This document shows, piece after piece, positions 54,143 through 62,543 of a stretch of 64,000 nucleotides of DNA. Under the pieces are notes generated by a model, which saw nothing but the letters and a program-made list of their open reading frames with translations, was not told the DNA's origin and did not search any database. This stretch comes from Myxococcota bacterium (GTDB lineage Bacteria; Myxococcota_A; UBA796; GCA-2862545): the NCBI GenBank assembly GCA_039208735.1, contig JBCCQY010000031.1, positions 9,511-73,510 on the forward strand. Direction: 5' to 3'. Every line of letters starts with the position of its first letter. Within the stretch, counting starts at the first letter, position 1. The translations under genes were made by a program, and so were the position numbers.

Positions 54143-54753
54143 TGGTGCCGGTCGCCCACCCCTTTGGAACGGGGTGGATCGAGGTGATCACGGGTTGCAT
54201 GTTCTCGGGCAAGACCGAGGAACTCATCCGTCGGCTCAACCGGGCGCGCTACGCGACCCCCCACGTAGTGGTGTTCAAACCGCGAGTCGACGACCGGTTT
54301 GCCGCCGAGCACGTGGTTTCACATTCAGATCTTCGGTTTCCCTCGATCGCTGTGGACACTCCAAGCCAAATCGCCCGCCAGGTGGAGCACGCCACGGTGG
54401 TGGGTATCGACGAAGCGCAGTTCTTCGATGACTCCCTCGTGGAGGTTGCCGAACACCTTGCGGCAGAGGGGCGCCGAGTGATTGTGGCGGGGCTCGACCA
54501 GGACTACCAAGGCCGTCCGTTTGGAGCGATGCCCGCCCTGATGACGGTGGCGGAGTACGTCACGAAGATGCTCGCGGTGTGCTTGGTCTGTGGCGCACCA
54601 GCGAACCGCAGCCAGCGATTGGTGGACCATACCAATCAAGTCTTGATCGGGGCATCCGAGTCCTACGAAGCCCGTTGTCGACGACACTGGAACCCCTACG
54701 AACGCGAAGCGCCCCAACCGTCGCTGCCCCTGGCATCGGATTCCGACCGCTGA
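54142..54753 (+). CDS. tdk: thymidine kinase (type II)
   Basis: GCMFSGKTEELIRR, FKP..D.R, IDEAQFF, AGLDQD, Zn-binding C..C and YEARCR.H. Confidence 0.97.
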   Translation: MVPVAHPFGTGWIEVITGCMFSGKTEELIRRLNRARYATPHVVVFKPRVDDRFAAEHVVSHSDLRFPSIAVDTPSQIARQVEHATVVGIDEAQFFDDSLVEVAEHLAAEGRRVIVAGLDQDYQGRPFGAMPALMTVAEYVTKMLAVCLVCGAPANRSQRLVDHTNQVLIGASESYEARCRRHWNPYEREAPQPSLPLASDSDR

Positions 54754-54755
54754 CC

Positions 54756-54780
54756 ACCCCCAACGCTGGGGGTATGTTGT
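54756..54780 (+). terminator. possible intrinsic terminator after tdk
   Basis: Perfect 7-bp stem ACCCCCA-ACGC-TGGGGGT followed by a weak U tract (ATGTTGT). Confidence 0.35.
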
Positions 54781-54822
54781 GCGTCCGGCGGCGATGTGGC
54801 CGCAAACGCCGGTGGAGGGAGC

Positions 54823-55155
54823 ATGCGATTGTTCTGGCTCATGGTGGTGGCAGGGTGCGCGCGCGTGAGTGAGGCCGAGTTCGTTCCCGTCTACGTCGAC
54901 GTGTATTGCGAGCGCTTCTTCGAGTGCGCCGACGACGCGCTACTCACCTTCGAAGGGCTTGACGACGAGGACGACTGCCGCGCGGCCGTCGGCCCCGAGA
55001 CCGCAGACCTGTCCGATACCTGCGACCTGGAAGACCGACTCGCGCAGGATTGCATCGACGCGCTGTCTGTGGTCACCTGCCCCACCGCGGGCACCCTGTT
55101 TGCCGACGTCGTGCCAAACGTCTGTCAGGACGTCTGGGTCGAGTGCGAGGAATGA
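54823..55155 (+). CDS. small acidic cysteine-rich lipoprotein
   Basis: MRLFWLMVVAGC plus 8 further Cys; RBS GGAGGGAG. Confidence 0.8.
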   Translation: MRLFWLMVVAGCARVSEAEFVPVYVDVYCERFFECADDALLTFEGLDDEDDCRAAVGPETADLSDTCDLEDRLAQDCIDALSVVTCPTAGTLFADVVPNVCQDVWVECEE

Positions 55156-57011
55156 ACCCAATGACGATGATGTTGCTCACCACCTTGTTCGCCACGACGG
55201 CCGACGCCGCGACGCCCCGCGCGTCGAGCTACGCCACCGACTCGGAGGGTCAAGCCCACCCCGCGTCGCACGCCTTCGACGGTCTGTTGTCGACGGCCTG
55301 GGCCGAAGGCGCCAAGGGCGACGGGGCTGGCGAATGGATCGAGATCCGCTTTGATGAGCGCATCGATGTGGCTTCCGTGTCGATCTGGCCTGGGTGGTTG
55401 GGTGGCCTCGACCGCGAGATTCGCGAATTCGGGCGGCCCCGTGCCATCACGGTGAGCTTCGACACCACAAGCGGAACGATCGAAGAAAAGGACGTCATCC
55501 TGGACCCCGCCGAGGCAGGTCCGCTGCGGCACGACATTCCGGTGAGCGCCCCAGGGGCCCGTTCGATGCGCATCACCATCGACGATCCCTATGGCGGCGG
55601 CATCCGCTCCGATACCTACGTCGCCGAAATCGCCGTGAACCTGACCCAGGGCAAGGTGCCTTCATCGGTAAAGTCGGCCCGCAAGTGGTTGACGTCTGCG
55701 ACCACCGCCAAGGCGAAGCATCGCGACCGCGCGATTGCCCTCTTCGACAAGATCTCAGCCGAGCAATTCGGCGACACCGATAGCCTCAAGATGCTCCTCG
55801 ATTGGGCCGCCGACGGTGCTCCCTACGTTCGCAGCCGCGTGCGCACCCGGGTGCCCGCGGGCTTCCGCGTGCTGGCCCTCCCGCCCGATGAAGCCGCCAT
55901 TGAGGCGCTCCTCAAGCTTCGCGACGCAAACGCGGTGCCCGCCATCGAGCGGGCTGCCCTACGGGTCACGGGGTCGGCCTCCGAAGTCCTCGAACGTCGC
56001 GCCAAGCTCTTCGAAGCCTACGGTGACCTCATCGGGGGCGGGGCCCGGCTGGTCGAGCCATGGGGACAATCCGGGTTTGCCGAGGGCGCGTTGCGCTCCT
56101 TTGGCGAGCCCCTCAACATGGCCCTCGACCCCCGAATCGGCGTGGTTATCGCGGATGTGGGCAACCACCGCGTGCAGCGCTTCCAATTCACGGACGGCCG
56201 CGTAGATGCCTCGTTCGGTGCCGAAAAGCCAGGACTCTCCGAAAGTTGGTTCAGCCGCCGCCGTGACCCCTACGCCGCGGGTGCCGCACCAGGTGGCGAT
56301 CCCGGACAGTTCGTCCATCCCATGGATGTGGCCACCCGTCCGACCAAGTCGGGCGCGGAGATTTTGGTTCTGGACCAGGGCCGTTTGGCGGAAGGTGAGG
56401 GCAACTGGGGGCGAATCACTCATCTCGATTCCGAAGGCAACGTCCTTCACACCGAACCCCTAGGGTTTACCCGCACCATTGAAGGCGGCGTGAGCGGAGC
56501 CGGGCACCTCGTGGCCACGAACGGCTGGGTGGCGGCCCTCTGGGCTGACCAAGGCGTCGTCTACAAGACCGGCAAAGACGAATGGACGGAAACCGCGCGC
56601 TTTGAGATGAAGGACGGCACCCCACAAGGAGCCATCCAGTGGGGCGGCCGCCTCGGGCTCATCTATGGCACATCCGTCATCCTCTACGGACGCGACGGGT
56701 TTCGGTTCGGCAAAGTGGAAGGCCTCGACTTTCTGCGTGGCGCTCAGGACTGGGGCGTGACCCTCGACAACAAGGGCAAGCTGTGGGCGGTGCTCGACAA
56801 AGGAGACGTCCTTCAGTTCACGAAGTCCGGCAAGGTCAAGCAGCGGGCCGTCATCGATGAATACGGTCTTGTCATGCCCAGGCTCGTCGTCTCGGACGAA
56901 CTGGCCTTCATCAGCAGCGAAGACCGAATCATCCAAGCCGACATTCGCGAGATCATCGCCCAGGGTGAAGCCCCCGAAGAAGGTGAGCTATTACAGGTGG
57001 AGCCTCGATGA
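55152..57011 (+). CDS. secreted protein: discoidin-like domain, HEAT-like helices, NHL-type beta-propeller
   Basis: Signal ...ADA|A; HAFDG...TAWAEG..GDGAGEWIEIRF; AIEALLKLRDANAVPAI; IADVGNHRVQRF; GQFVHPMDVA. ATGA overlap. Confidence 0.75.
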   Translation: MNPMTMMLLTTLFATTADAATPRASSYATDSEGQAHPASHAFDGLLSTAWAEGAKGDGAGEWIEIRFDERIDVASVSIWPGWLGGLDREIREFGRPRAITVSFDTTSGTIEEKDVILDPAEAGPLRHDIPVSAPGARSMRITIDDPYGGGIRSDTYVAEIAVNLTQGKVPSSVKSARKWLTSATTAKAKHRDRAIALFDKISAEQFGDTDSLKMLLDWAADGAPYVRSRVRTRVPAGFRVLALPPDEAAIEALLKLRDANAVPAIERAALRVTGSASEVLERRAKLFEAYGDLIGGGARLVEPWGQSGFAEGALRSFGEPLNMALDPRIGVVIADVGNHRVQRFQFTDGRVDASFGAEKPGLSESWFSRRRDPYAAGAAPGGDPGQFVHPMDVATRPTKSGAEILVLDQGRLAEGEGNWGRITHLDSEGNVLHTEPLGFTRTIEGGVSGAGHLVATNGWVAALWADQGVVYKTGKDEWTETARFEMKDGTPQGAIQWGGRLGLIYGTSVILYGRDGFRFGKVEGLDFLRGAQDWGVTLDNKGKLWAVLDKGDVLQFTKSGKVKQRAVIDEYGLVMPRLVVSDELAFISSEDRIIQADIREIIAQGEAPEEGELLQVEPR

Positions 57012-58309
57012 TCGGACTCACCTGGTGGCTGTTGGGGTGTGGGTCTGAAGCGCCACCTCCCGTCGAGCCCGAGCCCGCCCCCGAACCGGTCGTGGCCAGG
57101 GCCGAACCACCGGCCGTCCCCAAAGTGCCTTATGTCCAGTGGTCATTGCCAAGCCGCAAGGGAAAAACGCCAAACCCCCTAGGAAGGACCGACAAAAATC
57201 TCAAGAAGCAGCTTGGCATCGTCCGCGCTCGCTTGGTGAAGCTCGTCAGGGAACGAGGCCGCAACCCCCTCAGCCCCTGGGCGGTGGCGCACGCCATGCT
57301 CGCGCTGGGCCCCGAGCTTACGCTGCAAGGCGTAAACCGTCCCGCCATCGACTATCTAGCTGAAGAATACGGTCGCCGTACGAGGGTGGGCCGCGACGAG
57401 TTGTGGCGGTTCCCGCCGAAGGTCGGCAATCAGCTTGTGGACGTCCACACCGACCTACTGCTCAAAGCCTTCACAGAAGGAGGGCTATCACCGGACCGTG
57501 CCGTCGTCGTCGCAGGCGAACCCACCACGTTGGGCGAGCTGTACCGCAACAGCCTCCATCGGGCCTGGGTCGACGGTCGACGCACGGGCTTTCAGGAGCG
57601 TGGCTTCAACGATGCCCCTTGGGCGTTGCAAGCGCTCAGCGCATGGGCTCCCAAGGATCTGTCGTGGACGGCCCAAGGGGGCCACGAGATGACGCTGCAG
57701 GACTTCACCCGAGCCCTCCGCAACGTCATCGCCTCCGAAACCGCCGAGATGAAAGCGGCCCGCAACGCGGGGGCGTCGATGAAAAAGGACACTCGCAAAG
57801 GGTTTTTCAAGTACACGTGCGGCGGCCAGCACATGCTGCAGGGACTGACCTACGCGGTCGCCCGCGGATTTGGCGATGAGGCTGACAAAACCGAGGTCTG
57901 CGACCAGATCGAGCTGTTGACCTGGCGCATCGATGTGGAGCTGAATGCCATCGACCCGCTGATCCGGCAAGGCACTCCGCAGATCCAGCTGCTGCTGCTG
58001 GTGCAGCGGTTGAAGTTCCTGGGCCACACGTTGGAGACGGTCCACAAAGCCGCCGCGATGGGCGTCTGTTCGTTGACTTCGGAGCAAGTCGCGGCTTCGG
58101 AACGGGTCGCTCGTGAACTCGTGCTCACCGTCGATGGTCTGAATCGGCTGGGCGCCTTCGACAACCTGGATCGGATCGCCGTCGACAGAGGCTTCGAACG
58201 GCTTCGTAAAGGCGGCGGAAGCCAAATCCTCCTCGACATGATCGGGGACTCCGCCCACGCCATCCGGGGCATCGACATGGCGACGGGCAAGGGGTCGATC
58301 CTCTATTGA
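57008..58309 (+). CDS. hypothetical lipoprotein (helical; conserved-looking H/D/C/W residues)
   Basis: MIGLTWWLLGC with Pro linker; PWAVAHAMLALG, VHTD, TCGGQH, KFLGHTLE, DSAHA. ATGA overlap. Confidence 0.75.
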   Translation: MIGLTWWLLGCGSEAPPPVEPEPAPEPVVARAEPPAVPKVPYVQWSLPSRKGKTPNPLGRTDKNLKKQLGIVRARLVKLVRERGRNPLSPWAVAHAMLALGPELTLQGVNRPAIDYLAEEYGRRTRVGRDELWRFPPKVGNQLVDVHTDLLLKAFTEGGLSPDRAVVVAGEPTTLGELYRNSLHRAWVDGRRTGFQERGFNDAPWALQALSAWAPKDLSWTAQGGHEMTLQDFTRALRNVIASETAEMKAARNAGASMKKDTRKGFFKYTCGGQHMLQGLTYAVARGFGDEADKTEVCDQIELLTWRIDVELNAIDPLIRQGTPQIQLLLLVQRLKFLGHTLETVHKAAAMGVCSLTSEQVAASERVARELVLTVDGLNRLGAFDNLDRIAVDRGFERLRKGGGSQILLDMIGDSAHAIRGIDMATGKGSILY

Positions 58310-58830
58310 GCCTCGTCGGGGGACAGGGGCTCCTCGGGGCGCGCATCGGGACTGCCCGGGCGCGCCACGGGGTGCAGCAACGCCCATAGAGCTGCCAAAC
58401 CGCTACCCGAAACCATGAGAGCACCGGCCACAAAGCCGAACCCACCCACCGCAAGGGCCTCGAGCGACAAGCTGGTGACGATGAAGGCGAACGCGAGGCC
58501 CATGCCGAGCAGCCCTCCGACCAGGCCCAGGGCGGCTAGCACGACAGACGCCGTGCGTAGCGAAGGCGCAGCAATGCCCAACACCGGTTCGTCGAATGGG
58601 CCCGCCCGCACTGCAATCAGGCTCGTCGCGACCAACCCGAAGTCGACGAGCAACGCACCCGCGATGAACCCTGCCCCACCCGCCACGATGGTGCGCAGGG
58701 AGCCACTCATCACCAGGGCGGACAGGACCATTCCAGCGACGCCCGATACCGCGGCCAACCCGGAGGCTCCCAGACCCAGCGCCATCCATTGGGCGTGTTC
58801 ACGGGCCAAGGCCCGCGGAACTTCGGTCAT
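58303..58830 (-). CDS. hypothetical membrane protein (4 TM)
   Basis: Four hydrophobic segments; start set by ATGA overlap at 58827-58830. Confidence 0.6.
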   Translation of the reverse strand: MTEVPRALAREHAQWMALGLGASGLAAVSGVAGMVLSALVMSGSLRTIVAGGAGFIAGALLVDFGLVATSLIAVRAGPFDEPVLGIAAPSLRTASVVLAALGLVGGLLGMGLAFAFIVTSLSLEALAVGGFGFVAGALMVSGSGLAALWALLHPVARPGSPDARPEEPLSPDEAQ

Positions 58831-59393
58831 GGCACGGGGTAGGACGAAGCGTTGATCGACTGCCACACCCGCTTCGAAAGGACCGGATCGCCGATCACCT
58901 CGGTGAGTTCCTTTTGTGTATTTTCCTGGATCTTGCGCACCGACAATCGGAACGCGACGGGGTCCAGATCACCATTGGCGACATCCTGCCGAGCGTCGAT
59001 CACCGTGTTGACGAAATCCCATGCGATTTTCTGGATCTCCTCGACCTTGTGGGGTGCAGCAATCCGAGCCGCTTCGCGCGCCGCCAACTGCGACCGTTTC
59101 CGCCACGACTCGTCGGCGACCGACGTCGAGATCGACCACGCCTGCGGTTCCACTTCCGGGCGCTCGGGCGCCGGGGTCTTGGCGGTCTCCGCGTAGCCAC
59201 GGGCGTGGTCATACCGACGCGCCAAATCCGGGTTGTCGGAGGCCCGAGGCGGCCGCGCGACGGCGGCAGGGGCCGGAGTTGTCGGCTGCGCCGCGTCTTG
59301 CGGGCCTTCTTCGGTGCTCGACCCAAATCGCAGCGCGCCAAAACCCACGATCACGACGATCACCAGGGCTCCCATCCACAATGCCCGACTCAT
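58827..59393 (-). CDS. hypothetical bitopic membrane protein
   Basis: N-terminal TM, Pro-rich linker, helical C-terminal domain; RBS GGGAG. Confidence 0.65.
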   Translation of the reverse strand: MSRALWMGALVIVVIVGFGALRFGSSTEEGPQDAAQPTTPAPAAVARPPRASDNPDLARRYDHARGYAETAKTPAPERPEVEPQAWSISTSVADESWRKRSQLAAREAARIAAPHKVEEIQKIAWDFVNTVIDARQDVANGDLDPVAFRLSVRKIQENTQKELTEVIGDPVLSKRVWQSINASSYPVP

Positions 59394-59476
59394 GCGCAGC
59401 TCCCATCTTCGCAGCCAACCTTACCGGGCCAGCCGACGGAAGGCGAGCAGCGTTACGAGGGCCGTCCGGAGGACCG

Positions 59477-60322
59477 ATGGCCGAACAATCCGAACTCATC
59501 CTAGGAGTGGCGGGCAATTTCGCGGGCCACCTCGAACAGGCGGGTGAGGCGGCGGACTTCGTGGATGTACAGGTCGCCGAGAACCTTCCGAAGGGGTTGT
59601 TTCCCATTTTCGTACCGGGCCTCGACCATCGGCTCGGAGGCTGGCCTTGCTCCTCCGACCGGCTCATCCTTCCCCCCACAACGACGAACGTGCAGCCCGA
59701 GCCCGAGATTGCCCTACGATGCCGCCTTGAGTACGACACCGTTGACGGCGCGCCGGATCGAGTCGCCAGTCTCGTGCCCTACGCATTCACCGCTGCGGAC
59801 GACACCTCACTTCGACAGCCCGCACAGAAAATCCACGAAAAGAAGAACTGGGGTCCGCATAGCAAGGGACTTTCCACCTCTTGGATCGCCATCGACCGCT
59901 TTGATGGTGAAGGCGTGCTCGCCCAGTTTCGGCTCGCGAGTTTCCTCATCCGGGGCGGGACCATCCACGCCTATGGCGAAGACAGCCGCGTCGATGACTA
60001 CACCACGAAGTACCAGACGCTCGTCCATTGGATGATCGACCGACTGCGCCATCAGCCCGACGAAGGCCCGCTCGATGACATCCCGTCACTCGTGCGGCAG
60101 GCGCGCCATCCCCAGCAGGCCATCTTCTTCATTGGCGCCACCCGCTACACCACGTTCGGTGAACAGACCTTTGTCCAGCCCGACGACGAAGTGATCATCG
60201 TGGCCTACGACGCACGACGTCACGATGCGGACGCCGTGCGCGACGCGGTGGCTCATCACCGTCCGCTCACGGCCGCATCTGTGCTCCGGCGGCGGGTCCT
60301 TCCCGCCGCTGCACGCGCTTGA
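59477..60322 (+). CDS. DUF5718 family protein
   Basis: LGVAGNFAGHLEQAGEA.DF, PKGLFP, QPEPE, KIHEKKNWG..SKG, IGATRYT.FGE; RBS GGAGG. Confidence 0.8.
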   Translation: MAEQSELILGVAGNFAGHLEQAGEAADFVDVQVAENLPKGLFPIFVPGLDHRLGGWPCSSDRLILPPTTTNVQPEPEIALRCRLEYDTVDGAPDRVASLVPYAFTAADDTSLRQPAQKIHEKKNWGPHSKGLSTSWIAIDRFDGEGVLAQFRLASFLIRGGTIHAYGEDSRVDDYTTKYQTLVHWMIDRLRHQPDEGPLDDIPSLVRQARHPQQAIFFIGATRYTTFGEQTFVQPDDEVIIVAYDARRHDADAVRDAVAHHRPLTAASVLRRRVLPAAARA

Positions 60323-60324
60323 CG

Positions 60325-61245
60325 CTAAGGCAACGCCGTCGACGTGACCGACTGCTCGATGGCCATCGTCATCGTCATCGTTTGGCCCTCGGCGGAGAGC
60401 GACATGACAAAGTCGCTTTCGATGTTGTAGGTCCCCGTCCACCCGAGCGTCTTGAGATCGACCGTCTGCTGGCCTGACCCTGTGCTGTTCACCTCCGAGA
60501 CCTGGACGTCGGCACCGGGAGGCAGCATGCCCGACATGTCGGGTGTGCCCTTGGGCTTCATCGTGAAGGACACATCGGCGCTCACCTTGTCATCGGCCAT
60601 CGCAGTGATGATGCCCGTCTGCTCCGCGGTCAGCGCCATGAATCCAAAGTCCATGTCGATGATGCCCAGCAACTCGGCCCCCTTCCCAAGGGGCTGCAGC
60701 GGGTATTGCGAAAGCCACAACGTGGTCTGATCCGCAAGGTTCTGGATGGCAGCTTGCATTTGGGGATCGTCAAGGCCCACATCGACCTGGGCCACGGTGC
60801 CCTTGCGGTCGACGAGGATGCGGTACCCTAGGCCCTTCATGGGCTGCAGCGCGCTTTCGACGGCGGCTTGAACCTGAGGATTCGACGTCTCCGCCCGAAG
60901 GTCTTCAACGACGACCGAAACGGGAATCGTACCGTCCTTTAGGGCCTTTCCGACCTCGTGACGCATCACGAACGTCGTGGTGGAGTCCATGCCTCCCGGC
61001 AGGGTTTGGGTTTGGCCATTGGGCAACGTCATCGACATCGTCAGGTTCTGACGCTGCTTCGTCTCGAACCTGGCGACGGTGCCCGGCTTCGGCTTGAGCT
61101 TAAGCTTCTGCCGAGGCTTGGCCCCCGGGTCCTTGACCGTCACCTGCTGTTGCACTTCGAGGTCGCGAAGCGCCTCGACGGTTTCTGCTGCCACGTCGGG
61201 GGCAGCGACGGCAACCGCGCCCATCCAACCTGCGAGCCACATCAT
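60325..61245 (-). CDS. secreted beta-rich hypothetical protein (DUF6263-like)
   Basis: Signal MMWLAGWMGAVAVA|A; DPGAKPRQKL; YPLQPLGKGA; beta-strand-rich C-terminus. Confidence 0.6.
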   Translation of the reverse strand: MMWLAGWMGAVAVAAPDVAAETVEALRDLEVQQQVTVKDPGAKPRQKLKLKPKPGTVARFETKQRQNLTMSMTLPNGQTQTLPGGMDSTTTFVMRHEVGKALKDGTIPVSVVVEDLRAETSNPQVQAAVESALQPMKGLGYRILVDRKGTVAQVDVGLDDPQMQAAIQNLADQTTLWLSQYPLQPLGKGAELLGIIDMDFGFMALTAEQTGIITAMADDKVSADVSFTMKPKGTPDMSGMLPPGADVQVSEVNSTGSGQQTVDLKTLGWTGTYNIESDFVMSLSAEGQTMTMTMAIEQSVTSTALP

Positions 61246-61311
61246 GTCAATCTCCCAGAGCTTCGCCTGACCATACGCGACCGCCCCTCCGATCATTGCC
61301 CGGGAGCTTTC

Positions 61312-61773
61312 ATGGCCGACCGCACCGGCGTCCTCTTCGTTTGCCTCGGCAACATCTGCCGAAGCCCACTCGCGCACGCACTCTTCGTTCAAAAGCTTTC
61401 GGAGCGTGGGCTCCTCGACACCTTCGAGGTCGACTCCGCAGGGACCGCTGCGTACCATGCTGGCGAACCGCCAGATCCTCGAACCGTCGAGGTGCTACGC
61501 AAGCACGGCGTCCGGGCCCTTGGCACCGCCCGGCAGGTGGTGGCCGCCGATTTCGACCGCTTCGATCACATCCTCGCGATGGACCAGTCCAACCTGCGAG
61601 CACTCCAGGACCTGGCGCCAAAGGGCGCTGCAGCCCGCGTCCATCGCATGCTGGAACCCACCCGCGGAGGGGACGTCCCCGACCCGTACTATGGCGGTGA
61701 CCAGGGCTTCGAACACGTTTATACGCTCATCGATGGAGCCCTTGAGGAGTGGCTGGCCCGATGGACGCCCTGA
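61312..61773 (+). CDS. low-molecular-weight protein tyrosine phosphatase family protein
   Basis: VLFVCLGNICRSP, DSAGT, DVPDPYYG. Confidence 0.95.
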   Translation: MADRTGVLFVCLGNICRSPLAHALFVQKLSERGLLDTFEVDSAGTAAYHAGEPPDPRTVEVLRKHGVRALGTARQVVAADFDRFDHILAMDQSNLRALQDLAPKGAAARVHRMLEPTRGGDVPDPYYGGDQGFEHVYTLIDGALEEWLARWTP

Positions 61774-62543
61774 CCCGAGCCCGCACCCTGGCCGGGGTCG
61801 ACGCGACCCCCCGACCGCTTTCGGGGGGTGACATCTCGCGCGTGTTTCAGGTGGGCGACCGCGTGGTGAAGCTCCTCGACCAGCCTCCTGCCGGCTTCTT
61901 CGAAGCCGAAGCACGGGGGCTCCTCCGGTTAAGGATGGCCGGAGCGCCCGTCCCCGAGGTGCTGGACGTCTTCGAGGACGCGCTCGTGCTGAGCTACCAC
62001 GCGCCAGGTGAGCCCGATTGGCGGTGGTTCGGCCAAACGATGGCCGCCCTGCACCGGACTCAGGCTTCGGCGTACGGCAGCGAAACCGCCCTGTTTCTTG
62101 GTCGCTTCGGCCTCCCCGCGGGCACGCGGCACGACGCCACGAAAGCGCTCGTCGACCTCAGGCTGCGGCCCTTGTTGGATGCAACACGTGCGCAGCTAGG
62201 TCCGCGACGCTCCGAGCGGGTCGAGCGCTTCCTCGACGGTCTCGACTTGCCGAACGAAGGCCCCTCCGAGGTGCACGGCGATCTATGGTCGGGCAACGTG
62301 CTGCACACCACGAAGGGACCGATGCTCATCGATCCGTCAGCGCAAGGCGCCGAGCGCGCCTACGACCTGGCCATGATGAGGTGGCTCGGAGGCTTCCCCA
62401 GTTCGTTTTGGGAAGCCTATGACGCGCATTACCCAAGGCCTCCGGCCGTCCACGCCTCGCTGCCTGCCTACACCCTCGTGTTCGTCTTGGTCCACGTGGC
62501 GATGTTCGGCGGCTACCTCGACGCAGTCGACCAAATCGTCTGA
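61761..62543 (+). CDS. fructosamine/ketosamine-3-kinase family protein
   Basis: LSGGDIS, FEAEARGL, HGDLWSGN, IDP, DLAM..W.GGF...F..AY, LVH..MFGGY. Confidence 0.92.
   Translation: MDALTRARTLAGVDATPRPLSGGDISRVFQVGDRVVKLLDQPPAGFFEAEARGLLRLRMAGAPVPEVLDVFEDALVLSYHAPGEPDWRWFGQTMAALHRTQASAYGSETALFLGRFGLPAGTRHDATKALVDLRLRPLLDATRAQLGPRRSERVERFLDGLDLPNEGPSEVHGDLWSGNVLHTTKGPMLIDPSAQGAERAYDLAMMRWLGGFPSSFWEAYDAHYPRPPAVHASLPAYTLVFVLVHVAMFGGYLDAVDQIV

Noticed and set aside
57050..57120. Short GAGCCC/GAACC-type DNA repeats (also near 11480 and 63300)
   Set aside because: They encode Pro/Glu/Ala lipoprotein tethers and are not independent repeat elements.
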